Part shown: positions 1-9,398 of the stretch, piece after piece
Layout of the letters: each line of letters begins with the position of its first letter
How positions within the stretch are numbered: the first letter of the stretch is position 1
Source: a virus
Taxonomy: Duplodnaviria > Caudoviricetes
IMG/VR virus record: IMGVR_UViG_3300032330_002177
Span: 38,424-102,423 of that record
Strand: one strand, 5' to 3'
Length of the DNA stretch: 64,000 nucleotides
The notes under the pieces: generated by a model
What the model was told of the DNA's origin: nothing
What the model saw: only the letters and a program-made list of their open reading frames with translations
Database searches by the model: none
Position numbers and translations under genes: made by a program

Positions 1-7
1 AATTAAT

Positions 8-418
8 ATGAAAGAAGATAGTTATGATGATATTAAAAAAGCAGTTGATAATTTACTTAAAATAAATTCAACAGTTAAACGGAAGAAAAAAGCATATATT
101 GATAAGCAAAAAGACTTATTCACTAATATACTAATGGCTTTACAGGCGCTTCAAACTAGAACTATCTTGACCCAAGCTGAATTAAAAATTGATTTTAGTA
201 GTTATGATGAGATGTTTTTACAAACAATAGACTCACTTATACTTTTACATTTTGGAAAGGAAGGATATGAAGTAATTAGTTTTTACTTATATGAAAAATA
301 CAACCCAGACGGAACAGTAAATGAATTATTTGATGAGGATGAAAATATAGTTCCAAGTACAACAGCTGAAGATATTTGGAATATACTTCAAAAACTAAAG
401 AACGATAATGAAAAATAA
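8..418 (+). CDS. hypothetical protein
   Basis: 136 aa ORF, no recognised motif. Confidence 0.7.
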   Translation: MKEDSYDDIKKAVDNLLKINSTVKRKKKAYIDKQKDLFTNILMALQALQTRTILTQAELKIDFSSYDEMFLQTIDSLILLHFGKEGYEVISFYLYEKYNPDGTVNELFDEDENIVPSTTAEDIWNILQKLKNDNEK

Positions 419-421
419 GTT

Positions 422-1051
422 ATGCTTCCAAAACCATTACTCAAAAATGATATAGAGAGAGCAATGGCGATGACTAAAAGTAATCGCGCAGCAGCAAGAT
501 ATTTGCATGTATCCTATATTCATTATAAAAGATATGCTAAGAATTATACTGATGAGGATGGTGTACTATTATTTGATAAACATAAAAATCAATCAGGTAA
601 AGGTATAAGTAAATTCTTATCTAATAAAGGTAAGGAACCAGCATTAATGGATGTTATTGAAGGTAGAGTACCAATTGATTCTTACACTCCAGAAAAACTA
701 AAGAATAGATTAATACAAGAAAGTTATTTACAAGAATGTTGCTCTAAATGTGGTTTTGCTGAACGTAGAGTACTTGATTATAAAGTACCTTTAATACTTA
801 ATTTTAAGGATGGTAATAAAAAGAATTGGACATTAGATAATTTAGAACTAATGTGTTACAATCATTACTTTTTATATGTTGGAAATATATTCACTGATAA
901 ACAAATCCAACATATTGAAGATTATAATCCATCAACATTCCAAAGTGATTCAACTTGGGAATTAGATGATTATTATAAAAATCATTTACAGAATTTAGGA
1001 GTAATTGATAACGACTCAGAGCCAGGTTCAGAATTTATCTCTAAAATTTGA
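422..1051 (+). CDS. HNH-like zinc-binding protein with N-terminal HTH-like segment, possibly inactive
   Basis: SNRAAARYLHVSY; CSKCG...LILNFKDGNKKNWTLDNLELMCYNH resembles the HNH motif. Confidence 0.65.
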   Translation: MLPKPLLKNDIERAMAMTKSNRAAARYLHVSYIHYKRYAKNYTDEDGVLLFDKHKNQSGKGISKFLSNKGKEPALMDVIEGRVPIDSYTPEKLKNRLIQESYLQECCSKCGFAERRVLDYKVPLILNFKDGNKKNWTLDNLELMCYNHYFLYVGNIFTDKQIQHIEDYNPSTFQSDSTWELDDYYKNHLQNLGVIDNDSEPGSEFISKI

Positions 1052-1074
1052 CCTAAATAAATAATTTATATTTA
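1049..1074 (+). promoter_or_regulatory. conserved early-type promoter
   Basis: TGACC-N13-TATATTTA. Confidence 0.7.
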
Positions 1075-1096
1075 AGTATAATAAAAAATAAAAGTT

Positions 1097-1516
1097 ATGT
1101 TGTGGTCAGTTAAAAAACGATTTCAAGACGGTACAGTAACAGATGAAATAATCAGTTCACCATCTCCATATGTGGTCAATCTTGCTAAAGAAAAAATAGT
1201 AGCTAGTATGACTAAAGTTCATAAATATAATTATGAACACATATATCCTCCAATGTTTTATAAATCACATATTGATAGTAAACTCTATCTAATGCCACTT
1301 GGAATTGAAGTACATCCAGAAACAACTATGGATGATGTTAATTGGACTAAACCAAAATTAAAAAAAGAAATTGAACATATCCAAGGCTCAGTAGGCACAT
1401 ATAAAACAACATATGATCCAAACAAGAAAACTTATAAATGTACATGTATGGGATTTTGGAGATCAAAAGGTAATTGTAAACATGTTAAAGCATTAAAAGA
1501 AAAAAATAAATTATGA
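1097..1516 (+). CDS. SWIM zinc finger protein
   Basis: C-terminal CTCMGFWRSKGNCKHV. Confidence 0.8.
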   Translation: MLWSVKKRFQDGTVTDEIISSPSPYVVNLAKEKIVASMTKVHKYNYEHIYPPMFYKSHIDSKLYLMPLGIEVHPETTMDDVNWTKPKLKKEIEHIQGSVGTYKTTYDPNKKTYKCTCMGFWRSKGNCKHVKALKEKNKL

Positions 1517-1728
1517 AAATAGAAGAAAAAATAATTAAACTATTAATTGAATCATTCACTGAAGAATGTATTGGAGAAATGGCTAAACAGAAAAGAGAAG
1601 ATCCTGCTGATTTATTTAATTTTGGGATTGGATCAGCTGATGCTGCTGTTAGAAGAGTAAAAACAAAATGGATAGAAAAATTAAATAATAATAAAATAAA
1701 AGAAGATGTTGACAATAAAGTATTTTAG
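1513..1728 (+). CDS. hypothetical protein
   Basis: 71 aa, overlaps the upstream stop codon. Confidence 0.6.
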   Translation: MKIEEKIIKLLIESFTEECIGEMAKQKREDPADLFNFGIGSADAAVRRVKTKWIEKLNNNKIKEDVDNKVF

Positions 1729-1963
1729 TACAGGATGGTGTATGCCATGTAAAGCATTTGCCCCAGTGTTTGATTCAGTAATGTCTGAAACAGGAGTTAG
1801 TTATAATAAGATTGACGCTCAGGTTAGTCCTGATTTAGCTTTACAATATAATGTTACAAGTGTTCCAACATTAATATTTGAAAAAGATGGTACTGTAGTA
1901 CATAGACATACTGGGGTCATGTCTCGTATCCAATTAGTGGATATTATCAATAAATTTAGATAG
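1706..1963 (+). CDS. thioredoxin
   Basis: WCMPC active site, SVPT cis-Pro motif. Confidence 0.9.
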   Translation: MLTIKYFSTGWCMPCKAFAPVFDSVMSETGVSYNKIDAQVSPDLALQYNVTSVPTLIFEKDGTVVHRHTGVMSRIQLVDIINKFR

Positions 1964-1965
1964 GT

Positions 1966-1991
1966 TGACCTCGACTTTTGTGCTATCTTTA
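1966..1991 (+). promoter_or_regulatory. conserved early-type promoter
   Basis: TGACC-N13-TATCTTTA. Confidence 0.75.
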
Positions 1992-2014
1992 TTATATAAG
2001 AAAAATAAGAAAAA

Positions 2015-2116
2015 ATGGGAACAAGTATTACAATCGCAGAATTTATAATTATTAGTTGTTTGACCATAATTGGTTATGTAGTAATTAAAGCCGCTTATGA
2101 TACGTGGATCAAATAA
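2015..2116 (+). CDS. 33 aa single-TM microprotein (not in ORF track)
   Basis: MGTSITIAEFIIISCLTIIGYVVIKAAYDTWIK, between two promoters. Confidence 0.6.
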   Translation: MGTSITIAEFIIISCLTIIGYVVIKAAYDTWIK

Positions 2117-2121
2117 TTGTT

Positions 2122-2147
2122 TGACCCGGATTGACTTACTAAATTTA
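2122..2147 (+). promoter_or_regulatory. conserved early-type promoter
   Basis: TGACC-N13-TAAATTTA. Confidence 0.75.
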
Positions 2148-2177
2148 TTATATAAATAAAAATTAAAAATAAAAGTT

Positions 2178-2966
2178 ATGAAAAATGTATTCACAGAAAT
2201 GTCGATGGAGGACATTAAAAACTCAGCTCCAAGTATTTTCCAGAAAAAACAAAAAGCGAATTTAAGTGAACACTACGTTCACATTCCGACCGATCAAGTT
2301 ATTAATGATATGATTTCATTAGGTTGGAAACCATGTCAAGCAGTTGAAATTAAGGCTCGTAAAAAGAGTACTAAAGGTTATCAACGCCACATGATTAAGT
2401 TTTTTAATCCAAGTATTACTATTGAAGGTAAAAATGGTGATGATGTGTTTCCACAAATTCTATTAACAAATAGTCATGACGGTTTAAGTTCATTTAAATT
2501 CCAAATTGGATTATTTAGATTAGTATGTTCAAATGGGATGGTTGTTTGTGATACTAATTATGGTGACTTTAAATTACGTCACATGGGTTATTCGTTTAGT
2601 GAATTACAAACTAAAATTAATGAAGCCGTTGAATCGTTTCCAGGTTTAGTAGAAAAAATTAACGAGTTTCAAAATGTTGAATTGAGTGATATTCAAATAA
2701 CTGAGTTTGCAGGTAAAGCAGCTATGATTCGTTTTGGAGAAAATGTAGCGGTTGATTTAGATGAATTATTAGAAGTTGAACGTAATGAAGATTCAGGTAA
2801 CAGTTTATGGACTGTGTTTAATCGAGTTCAAGAAAAATTGATTACAGGTGGTTGTAGTTATAAAATGGGAGCGAAAATGCGTAAAGCAAGAGCCGTTAAG
2901 AATTTCAGCCAGGATTTAAAGATAAATGAAGCGTTATGGGAATTAGCTGAGGAGTACGTTAACTAG
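2178..2966 (+). CDS. DUF932/DUF945-family protein
   Basis: LLTNSHDG..SF...GLFRLVCSNGMV and SLWTVFNRVQEKL. Confidence 0.85.
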   Translation: MKNVFTEMSMEDIKNSAPSIFQKKQKANLSEHYVHIPTDQVINDMISLGWKPCQAVEIKARKKSTKGYQRHMIKFFNPSITIEGKNGDDVFPQILLTNSHDGLSSFKFQIGLFRLVCSNGMVVCDTNYGDFKLRHMGYSFSELQTKINEAVESFPGLVEKINEFQNVELSDIQITEFAGKAAMIRFGENVAVDLDELLEVERNEDSGNSLWTVFNRVQEKLITGGCSYKMGAKMRKARAVKNFSQDLKINEALWELAEEYVN

Positions 2967-2977
2967 TACTCCCAGCT
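2945..2977 (+). terminator. stem-loop across the stop codon
   Basis: AGCTGAGGAGTAC...GTACTCCCAGCT. Confidence 0.45.
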
Positions 2978-3002
2978 CCATATTTATACTAAACGCTAAC
3001 CA

Positions 3003-3296
3003 ATGATATTCGAATTTAAATCAATGGCTGAGTTTAAAGCCAGATTAGAGAGCAATGACTTAAGAATGTCTGTTGAGATATTTAGTCAGGTAAAAAAAGC
3101 GTTTTATAGTAAAGTAAATAGGAAAAAAGTAACAGCTTTTACAGTTATAATTGGTGGTGAGGAGATAGATTTCATACTGGAGCGTCAATATTGGGTTAAA
3201 TCATTAACGACATGTATGAATGCATTTGCTGAAGTAGATATGTTTGAGGAGTGTATAGAGATTCAAAAAATGATTAGAGAATTAGAAACCGTATAA
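3003..3296 (+). CDS. hypothetical protein
   Basis: 97 aa, ATATTTAT at 2980 upstream. Confidence 0.7.
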   Translation: MIFEFKSMAEFKARLESNDLRMSVEIFSQVKKAFYSKVNRKKVTAFTVIIGGEEIDFILERQYWVKSLTTCMNAFAEVDMFEECIEIQKMIRELETV

Positions 3297-3298
3297 CT

Positions 3299-3685
3299 AT
3301 GAATACAAACGATATAACCCGAAAAAATGCTGTTTTGATATTTGAATGGTGTAAAAAAACATTTGGACTTAGTTCTATAAATGGAACATATCCTAAATTA
3401 GTATTTCATAAAAAAAGAAAAGACATAGCTGGTTATTACGATCCATGGAAAAATGAGATACATGTTTGTAAACCAAAGCATAGAACGTTTATGGGGTTCA
3501 TAGGAACAATAATACATGAATATACCCATTACCATCAAAGTATTAAACGACAATATTTTAAACTAGAAAAAATATATAGTTATAAAAATCATCCACTCGA
3601 ACGTGAGGCGAATAGAACTGAGAGACGATATAAATGGATGTGTTATTATGAAACTTTTTCAACCAATCCTTTTATGATTGAATAA
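3299..3685 (+). CDS. zincin-like metallopeptidase
   Basis: TIIHEYTHYHQ...HPLEREA. Confidence 0.75.
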   Translation: MNTNDITRKNAVLIFEWCKKTFGLSSINGTYPKLVFHKKRKDIAGYYDPWKNEIHVCKPKHRTFMGFIGTIIHEYTHYHQSIKRQYFKLEKIYSYKNHPLEREANRTERRYKWMCYYETFSTNPFMIE

Positions 3686-3733
3686 AATCTACTAAAATAA
3701 TTTAAAGAGCATACTTTTTAATTTTTATTTAAC

Positions 3734-3767
3734 GCCCAGGAGTTTCTACTCCAGGGCTCTTTTCTTT
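3734..3767 (+). terminator. intrinsic terminator
   Basis: GCCCAGGAGT-TTCT-ACTCCAGGGC followed by TCTTTTCTTT. Confidence 0.65.
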
Positions 3768-3819
3768 CATATTTATAGTACACACACTATTATTAACGAA
3801 ATTAAACCCCCATGAACCG

Positions 3820-4179
3820 ATGTCAAAAAATCCATTTGAGAAACTCGCTGACAAACTCCTTCATAGGGATAAAAAAGGTAATGACTTAAAAAAATACAAC
3901 ATTGATTTAAATGGTGTGTTTGGAGGAGGTGTTGATAATAAAGAAATTGAACATGATAGTTATAGAAAATTAATTGGTACTGCTAAAACATGTTTAAGTA
4001 GTCAATTACATTTTTGGTTGAGTAAAAAACAAGGTGAACACTCTTCAAGAATAAAAGCCATAGAGCGTGATATTAAAACTTCAGCTAATATCAGTGACCG
4101 TATTAACAAAAAGACATATACCCAAGAAGATATTAAAGTATTGAAAGACATACTATCGAAATATGGTTGCCTTGGCTGA
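3820..4179 (+). CDS. hypothetical protein
   Basis: 119 aa ORF. Confidence 0.65.
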   Translation: MSKNPFEKLADKLLHRDKKGNDLKKYNIDLNGVFGGGVDNKEIEHDSYRKLIGTAKTCLSSQLHFWLSKKQGEHSSRIKAIERDIKTSANISDRINKKTYTQEDIKVLKDILSKYGCLG

Positions 4180-4202
4180 CCGCCACTATCTAGCTATCTT
4201 TA
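4177..4202 (+). promoter_or_regulatory. conserved early-type promoter
   Basis: TGACC-N13-TATCTTTA. Confidence 0.75.
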
Positions 4203-4225
4203 TTATATAAGAAAATAAAGAAAGT

Positions 4226-4489
4226 ATGTATAACGAAAACGTAAACAGAGCAATTCAATTACAAATTGAAATCAATAAACAAATTGATAAATTTGATTGG
4301 GTTCAAAAAGAGTTGATTAATGATTTAGAAAATTTATTAGACACATTTAATTCTCATGAATGTGAATTATTGATTGAGTGGTATAATAAACAATCTAAAA
4401 ATAATGATGAACAATATGTTCAAATGGAGATTGATTTTTTACAAGAACAAGAAGGTCAATACGCACTTAATCAACAATGGGATATGTAA
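4226..4489 (+). CDS. hypothetical acidic protein
   Basis: 87 aa, directly after promoter. Confidence 0.7.
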   Translation: MYNENVNRAIQLQIEINKQIDKFDWVQKELINDLENLLDTFNSHECELLIEWYNKQSKNNDEQYVQMEIDFLQEQEGQYALNQQWDM

Positions 4490-4490
4490 T

Positions 4491-4516
4491 TGACCGGAAT
4501 TAATTCACTAAATTTA
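4491..4516 (+). promoter_or_regulatory. conserved early-type promoter
   Basis: TGACC-N13-TAAATTTA. Confidence 0.75.
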
Positions 4517-4540
4517 TTATATAAATAAAAATAAAAGGTT

Positions 4541-5407
4541 ATGAACACAAAACAAATTTTATACAACGCGTTAACATCTCAATTAGAAGTTAAAAAAACT
4601 GAATGTGAAACTTATCATAGTGAGGTTTATGAACCATCATTTGAAATATTAAGTGAGAGTATTAAGGAGTGGTTTACAAGTAAAATAAATTCGAAATTTA
4701 CAAAATTTGAGTTTACAGGTGATAAAATTATCTTTAATACAGATGATAGTTCAAGTTGGAGAGATGTTAGTTTTGTAATGAGAGGTTATAGTGAAAAGAA
4801 TTATGTAGAACTAGATTGGAATGGAGAAAATGCTCAATCAGATAATCAATCATCAATAGATAAAGGTATATTAATAGGTGAATTAGCTACTAATTTTTAT
4901 TTAGTTGAAGATAGGTTTAAAACAGATTGGTATCCAACTTATCAAAGTATAGTTGATGCTAGAAGAGAATATTTTAAAAGTCATGAAGAATTAGAATCAG
5001 CGTTAAGAAATCTTAAAAATGAAATATGGATTGATTCAATTGAAACAATGAAAAAAATTGGATTTGAAATTAAATCATTTAAACCAGATGTTTCATTAGA
5101 TTGGGATTATGTAAATAATGAACGTGTATATAAAATAAAAACAGATGATAAGAAAATTCAATTACAAGTTGGTCGTTCACAATATGATACAGCATATATT
5201 AGTGGCTATAAAATATTAGGTAAAAAAGGTAATAAATATAGTGTTGAAGCGTATAGAGAAGGTTATGGTTTAGAAAAAACTAGAACATATGAAGTGTTAG
5301 AAAAGAAAATGGAAGATTTTGTTAATAGAGTTAATAGTTGGGAGAATAGAGAAGCGGATGAGCATAAAGCAAAAGCAGAAATGAGATATATTGAATATAC
5401 AAAGTAA
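4541..5407 (+). CDS. hypothetical protein
   Basis: 288 aa ORF. Confidence 0.75.
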   Translation: MNTKQILYNALTSQLEVKKTECETYHSEVYEPSFEILSESIKEWFTSKINSKFTKFEFTGDKIIFNTDDSSSWRDVSFVMRGYSEKNYVELDWNGENAQSDNQSSIDKGILIGELATNFYLVEDRFKTDWYPTYQSIVDARREYFKSHEELESALRNLKNEIWIDSIETMKKIGFEIKSFKPDVSLDWDYVNNERVYKIKTDDKKIQLQVGRSQYDTAYISGYKILGKKGNKYSVEAYREGYGLEKTRTYEVLEKKMEDFVNRVNSWENREADEHKAKAEMRYIEYTK

Positions 5408-5410
5408 TTT

Positions 5411-5436
5411 TAACCGCAATAAATTAATTATATTTA
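5411..5436 (+). promoter_or_regulatory. early-type promoter variant
   Basis: TAACC-N13-TATATTTA. Confidence 0.6.
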
Positions 5437-5456
5437 AATAAATAAAATAACAAGTT

Positions 5457-5669
5457 ATGAAAATTGAATTTATCAAAGAATCAAAAGAAACTGGTGTTAC
5501 AACTTATTACACTAAAGCAGGTGGTTATTATATTAATAACTCATTATCACTTAAGGAACATGAAGCTAGAGAAAAATTTGAACGTATTAAAAAAGATGGT
5601 CCGAATGCACTTGAACATAAAATAGAAGTAGTTGAAACATTTGAATATAAAGCTAATGAAGAAAAATAA
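5457..5669 (+). CDS. hypothetical protein
   Basis: 70 aa ORF. Confidence 0.7.
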   Translation: MKIEFIKESKETGVTTYYTKAGGYYINNSLSLKEHEAREKFERIKKDGPNALEHKIEVVETFEYKANEEK

Positions 5670-5937
5670 AGATGAAATTATTGTTGAAACAATAATCAAT
5701 AAAATGTTTGAAATAGCAGGCCATAATGTTACATTTGAAGATATTAAAGGTAGAAAAGATAATTGGTATCAACAATGGACAATGACTGAGGAACAAAACC
5801 AGGAATGGAGAGAATGGGGAACCAAATATCTTAAGAAACAAAAACACCTACTTAAATCATATGCTAGTAGACAAATGGCTATGTTTGATTTAAATTATGG
5901 ATTAAAAATAGAACAAAATGATAAAATGGAAATATAA
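5656..5937 (+). CDS. hypothetical protein
   Basis: likely start MKKNKDE (ATG 5656) within the 5632 ORF. Confidence 0.65.
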   Translation: MKKNKDEIIVETIINKMFEIAGHNVTFEDIKGRKDNWYQQWTMTEEQNQEWREWGTKYLKKQKHLLKSYASRQMAMFDLNYGLKIEQNDKMEI

Positions 5938-6202
5938 ACCAAGTGGTAATTGTCCTATTCAAGCAGAAGGATGGTTTTTAGGGTATTACTTTTATTTCAG
6001 ATCAAGATATACTCAAGCAATAATTGAATTCAGCAAAACAGAAGCAGGATGGGAAAATGATCTAATACATGCTCGTTACATATTATTACATACACCTTAT
6101 TCTCTTATTGCAGGATGGATACCTAAATGGAAATGTAGGTTGCTAATCTGGAAAGGGTGTTGTATGTTTATATTCAAACAAAATAAAAATAAAATAATAT
6201 AA
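5918..6202 (+). CDS. hypothetical protein
   Basis: GNCPIQAEG...YFYFRSR. Confidence 0.7.
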   Translation: MIKWKYKPSGNCPIQAEGWFLGYYFYFRSRYTQAIIEFSKTEAGWENDLIHARYILLHTPYSLIAGWIPKWKCRLLIWKGCCMFIFKQNKNKII

Positions 6203-6961
6203 ATGAAAACAATAGTATTAGGTGATATACATGGGCGGTCTCAATGGAAACTAATAGTTGAAATGGAGAAACCAGATCAAGTTATTTTTATAGGTGATTA
6301 TTTTGACTCATATGATTTAACAGCGGCTGAGCAAATGAAGAATTTTAAAGAGATAATTAACTATAAAGAAACAACTGACGCTCATGTTATAATGTTAATA
6401 GGTAATCATGACTATCATTACTACCCAGAAATAGGAAATGTAGGTACAAGCGGTTATCAACATACAGCCGCTCCAGCTATTAGTCAATTAATAGATGAGA
6501 ATAGAAACCATTTACAAATGGCTTATTCAATTGATGATTATTTATTTACTCATGCTGGTGTTAGTTCAGAATTTATGGATAATGTGTTTGGTAAGGATGG
6601 ATGGAAAACAGAAGAAATATCATCATTACTATGTCAACAATTTTGGCACAAACCAAAAACATTTGAATTTGGAATGGCTGTTGATCTAAAAAAGATGTCA
6701 TGGTTAGATTCGAGTGGTGATAATAGAGAACAATCACCAATATGGATTAGACCAAGATCATTAATGAATGTTAATTATAATACACTACGTAAACAAGTAA
6801 TTCAAGTAGTTGGTCATACACAAGTTAAAAAATTAGATATTGAAGGAATGGCTACAGGTAATAGATATTATTTTATAGATTGTTTAGATACAAGTGGAGA
6901 ATATTTAATAATAGAAGATGGAGTTGTAAAATCTAATACTTGGAAATCCGAAGTAAAATAA
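6203..6961 (+). CDS. calcineurin-like metallophosphoesterase
   Basis: GDIHG, GDYFD, GNHD, HAG, GHT. Confidence 0.92.
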   Translation: MKTIVLGDIHGRSQWKLIVEMEKPDQVIFIGDYFDSYDLTAAEQMKNFKEIINYKETTDAHVIMLIGNHDYHYYPEIGNVGTSGYQHTAAPAISQLIDENRNHLQMAYSIDDYLFTHAGVSSEFMDNVFGKDGWKTEEISSLLCQQFWHKPKTFEFGMAVDLKKMSWLDSSGDNREQSPIWIRPRSLMNVNYNTLRKQVIQVVGHTQVKKLDIEGMATGNRYYFIDCLDTSGEYLIIEDGVVKSNTWKSEVK

Positions 6962-6975
6962 CTAAATTAAATTAT

Positions 6976-7092
6976 ATGAGTCAAGGTAAAAAACAGCAAC
7001 AGATTGATGATAGTGAAGGTATAGTAACATTCGCTATAGTAGGATTTATAATAACATTAATAACAGTTATAATTCAAAACTTAATATCATAA
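6976..7092 (+). CDS. 38 aa single-TM microprotein (not in ORF track)
   Basis: MSQGKKQQQIDDSEGIVTFAIVGFIITLITVIIQNLIS; stop overlaps the next ATG. Confidence 0.6.
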   Translation: MSQGKKQQQIDDSEGIVTFAIVGFIITLITVIIQNLIS

Positions 7093-7337
7093 TGGCTAGA
7101 CCAAAAGAAATACAAATTGAACCTAAACCACAGAAGTGGGAGCGTAAGTTTGAAGATGATGAATGTACTGAAATATGGAAGTATGATTCTAAAAAAACAA
7201 CTAAAGGACCTGTTGAAGTAGTTATAACATATAAAGGCGGTATTGATAAAACAGCAAAATGGAACAAACGAGCTAAAGAAGCTAAAGACGAACGTCGAAC
7301 CATTAGACAAATGAATAAAATTAAAAACAAAAAATAA
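7092..7337 (+). CDS. hypothetical basic protein
   Basis: 81 aa ORF. Confidence 0.7.
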   Translation: MARPKEIQIEPKPQKWERKFEDDECTEIWKYDSKKTTKGPVEVVITYKGGIDKTAKWNKRAKEAKDERRTIRQMNKIKNKK

Positions 7338-7461
7338 TTAGCCCTAAGTACACGGGAACGAAAGACAGCCATGGCATACCGTAAGATCTGCTCGCTTAAT
7401 AGCTCCTAATCGTTAGTAGGCACTGTTGCGCAACTCAGGTGGTGATCTAAAAGTTGTATAT

Positions 7462-7532
7462 TGTGATATGGTGTAACGGTAACACTACAGATTTTGATTC
7501 TGTCATTTCTGGTTCGAATCCAGGTGTCACAT
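7462..7532 (+). tRNA. tRNA-Gln(TTG)
   Basis: acceptor TGTGATA/TGTCACA, anticodon arm ACAGA-TTTTGAT-TCTGT, T-loop GGTTCGAATCC. Confidence 0.9.
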
Positions 7533-7655
7533 CTTGCGCAACATGAACACTTATGTTATCCTATTTGTGGGGTGTCATAGCAACAAACAAAGTAAGGGGG
7601 TCCGTAACAGTTTTGCTGGCTTTAGACAGACGGGCTTAAACAAGCTAGCAGTACT

Positions 7656-7727
7656 GCCGCGTTGGTCAAGGGGTTAAGACGCGTCCCTTTCACGGACGAG
7701 TCACGGGTTCGATTCCCGTACGTGGTA
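7656..7727 (+). tRNA. tRNA-Glu(TTC)
   Basis: acceptor GCCGCGT/ACGTGGT, anticodon arm CGTCC-CTTTCAC-GGACG, T-arm ACGGG-TTCGATT-CCCGT. Confidence 0.92.
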
Positions 7728-7742
7728 CTAAATTATTAAGTT

Positions 7743-7991
7743 ATGAATTTTGGAACAAACGGATGCATGTATAACTGTGGTGATAGTTGTACAGGAGAAT
7801 GTATAGAACCCACGAATGATGAACAATACATAGGTCTTATATTAGACGAAAGAAACGAACACTATATAATTGGTTATAGAGAAACATCAGATTTAGAAAA
7901 ACTAAAAGAGTGGAAGAAAGAAAGGTTAGCGTGTTCTAATGTTATTGATTGTAAAATATTAAAAATTGAAGAAAGTTATGAATCTAATTGA
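7743..7991 (+). CDS. hypothetical protein, Cys-rich N-terminus
   Basis: CMYNCGDSCTGEC. Confidence 0.65.
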   Translation: MNFGTNGCMYNCGDSCTGECIEPTNDEQYIGLILDERNEHYIIGYRETSDLEKLKEWKKERLACSNVIDCKILKIEESYESN

Positions 7992-9099
7992 TACAGAATA
8001 CCAAGACTTACTTTGCTACATTCTAGGTAATGGAGTAGAGAAGAAAGACAGAACAGGAACAGGAACACTATCCATATTCGGATGGCAGATCAGACACAAC
8101 ATGAAAGATGGCTTTCCACTCCTAACAACAAAGAAGATGCATTGGAAATCAATCGTAACAGAACTACTATGGTTCTTGCGTGGTGATACCAATATCAAAT
8201 ACCTTGTTGATAATGGATGTCATATATGGGATGGTGATTGCTACCAAAATTATAGAAAGATAGAATTTGAAAGAATAATGTCTCAAAAACATGGTGAATA
8301 TCTTATAAGTAAAGAAGAGTTCATCAACAATATCAAAACCGATGATGAGTTTGCTGAGAAGTGGGGTGAATTAGGACCAATTTATGGTAAGCAGTGGAGA
8401 GATTGGAGACACCATTACCCTAAAACATATCCTGAAGTAAGTCAATATGAACAATATATAGGTGTTAAGACAATAGACCAAATAGCAAACCTAATCTCTG
8501 AACTCAAAACAAATCCTGACTCAAGACGATTAATGGTTAATGCTTGGAATGTAGGTGAGTTAGACCAAATGACGCTTCCACCATGTCATTATGGATTTCA
8601 AGTATATACGAGAGAGTTGAGTTATTTTGAACGATACAAGTTAGCGGATATTCAAGGATATGAAGAATATGGAAAAAGATTTGGCGGGTGGTACTTATTA
8701 GATGAAAATAAAGAATCTAATATAAAGGATTGGAATATAAAAAATATACCAACCCGAGCAATCTCTTTAATGTGGAACCAACGCTCAGTAGATACATTCC
8801 TTGGTTTACCATTCAACATAGCATCTTATGGATTGCTACTCCAAATCATAGCCAAAGAAGTTAATATGGTTCCGGATGAATTGATTGGTAATTTAGGTGA
8901 CGTACACTTATACACAAACCATATTGAGCAAGCTAAAGAGCAAATTGGTAGAGAGCCATTTGAGTTGCCTACATTAAATATACTACACAATCCATGTAAG
9001 GATATAATACCAACAGATATATCATGTTATAATATATTTGATTTTGAATTAGAAAACTATCAATCACATCCAGCAATCAAAGCACCATTAAGTAACTAA
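7978..9099 (+). CDS. thyA: thymidylate synthase
   Basis: DRTGTGT, FPLLTTKK, LGPIYGKQWR, DSRR, LPPCH, QRSVDTFLGLPFNIASY; likely start ATG 7978. Confidence 0.97.
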   Translation: MNLIDTEYQDLLCYILGNGVEKKDRTGTGTLSIFGWQIRHNMKDGFPLLTTKKMHWKSIVTELLWFLRGDTNIKYLVDNGCHIWDGDCYQNYRKIEFERIMSQKHGEYLISKEEFINNIKTDDEFAEKWGELGPIYGKQWRDWRHHYPKTYPEVSQYEQYIGVKTIDQIANLISELKTNPDSRRLMVNAWNVGELDQMTLPPCHYGFQVYTRELSYFERYKLADIQGYEEYGKRFGGWYLLDENKESNIKDWNIKNIPTRAISLMWNQRSVDTFLGLPFNIASYGLLLQIIAKEVNMVPDELIGNLGDVHLYTNHIEQAKEQIGREPFELPTLNILHNPCKDIIPTDISCYNIFDFELENYQSHPAIKAPLSN

Positions 9100-9100
9100 T

Positions 9101-9304
9101 ATGATGTTAGAATTTAAAAACCCAATCCCGGTTATTGTAGAATGTAATAAAGAAGGTTATGCTATCTATGTACAGAGTGGTGGTACATTTGAAAATGATA
9201 TATGGTGTGTAGTACATTGTGATGGAGGTATAGTAAGACATTACCAATCAGATCAAATTAAGATGCGCAAAAATTCAACTCTCAGAATAGATAAAAATAA
9301 ATAA
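9101..9304 (+). CDS. hypothetical protein
   Basis: 67 aa ORF. Confidence 0.7.
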   Translation: MMLEFKNPIPVIVECNKEGYAIYVQSGGTFENDIWCVVHCDGGIVRHYQSDQIKMRKNSTLRIDKNK

Positions 9305-9305
9305 T

Positions 9306-9398
9306 ATGTGGTGGACAGTTTTAACATCAATAGTATGTTGGGAATTATTAAGACGATTATATTTTATAATAATGAATAAAATGAATAACGATGAGTAA
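9306..9398 (+). CDS. 30 aa hydrophobic microprotein (not in ORF track)
   Basis: MWWTVLTSIVCWELLRRLYFIIMNKMNNDE, fills the gap. Confidence 0.45.
   Translation: MWWTVLTSIVCWELLRRLYFIIMNKMNNDE

Noticed and set aside
7341-7350. GCCCTAAG resembling part of a pistol ribozyme
   Set aside because: The complementary upstream TTAGGGC pseudoknot strand is missing
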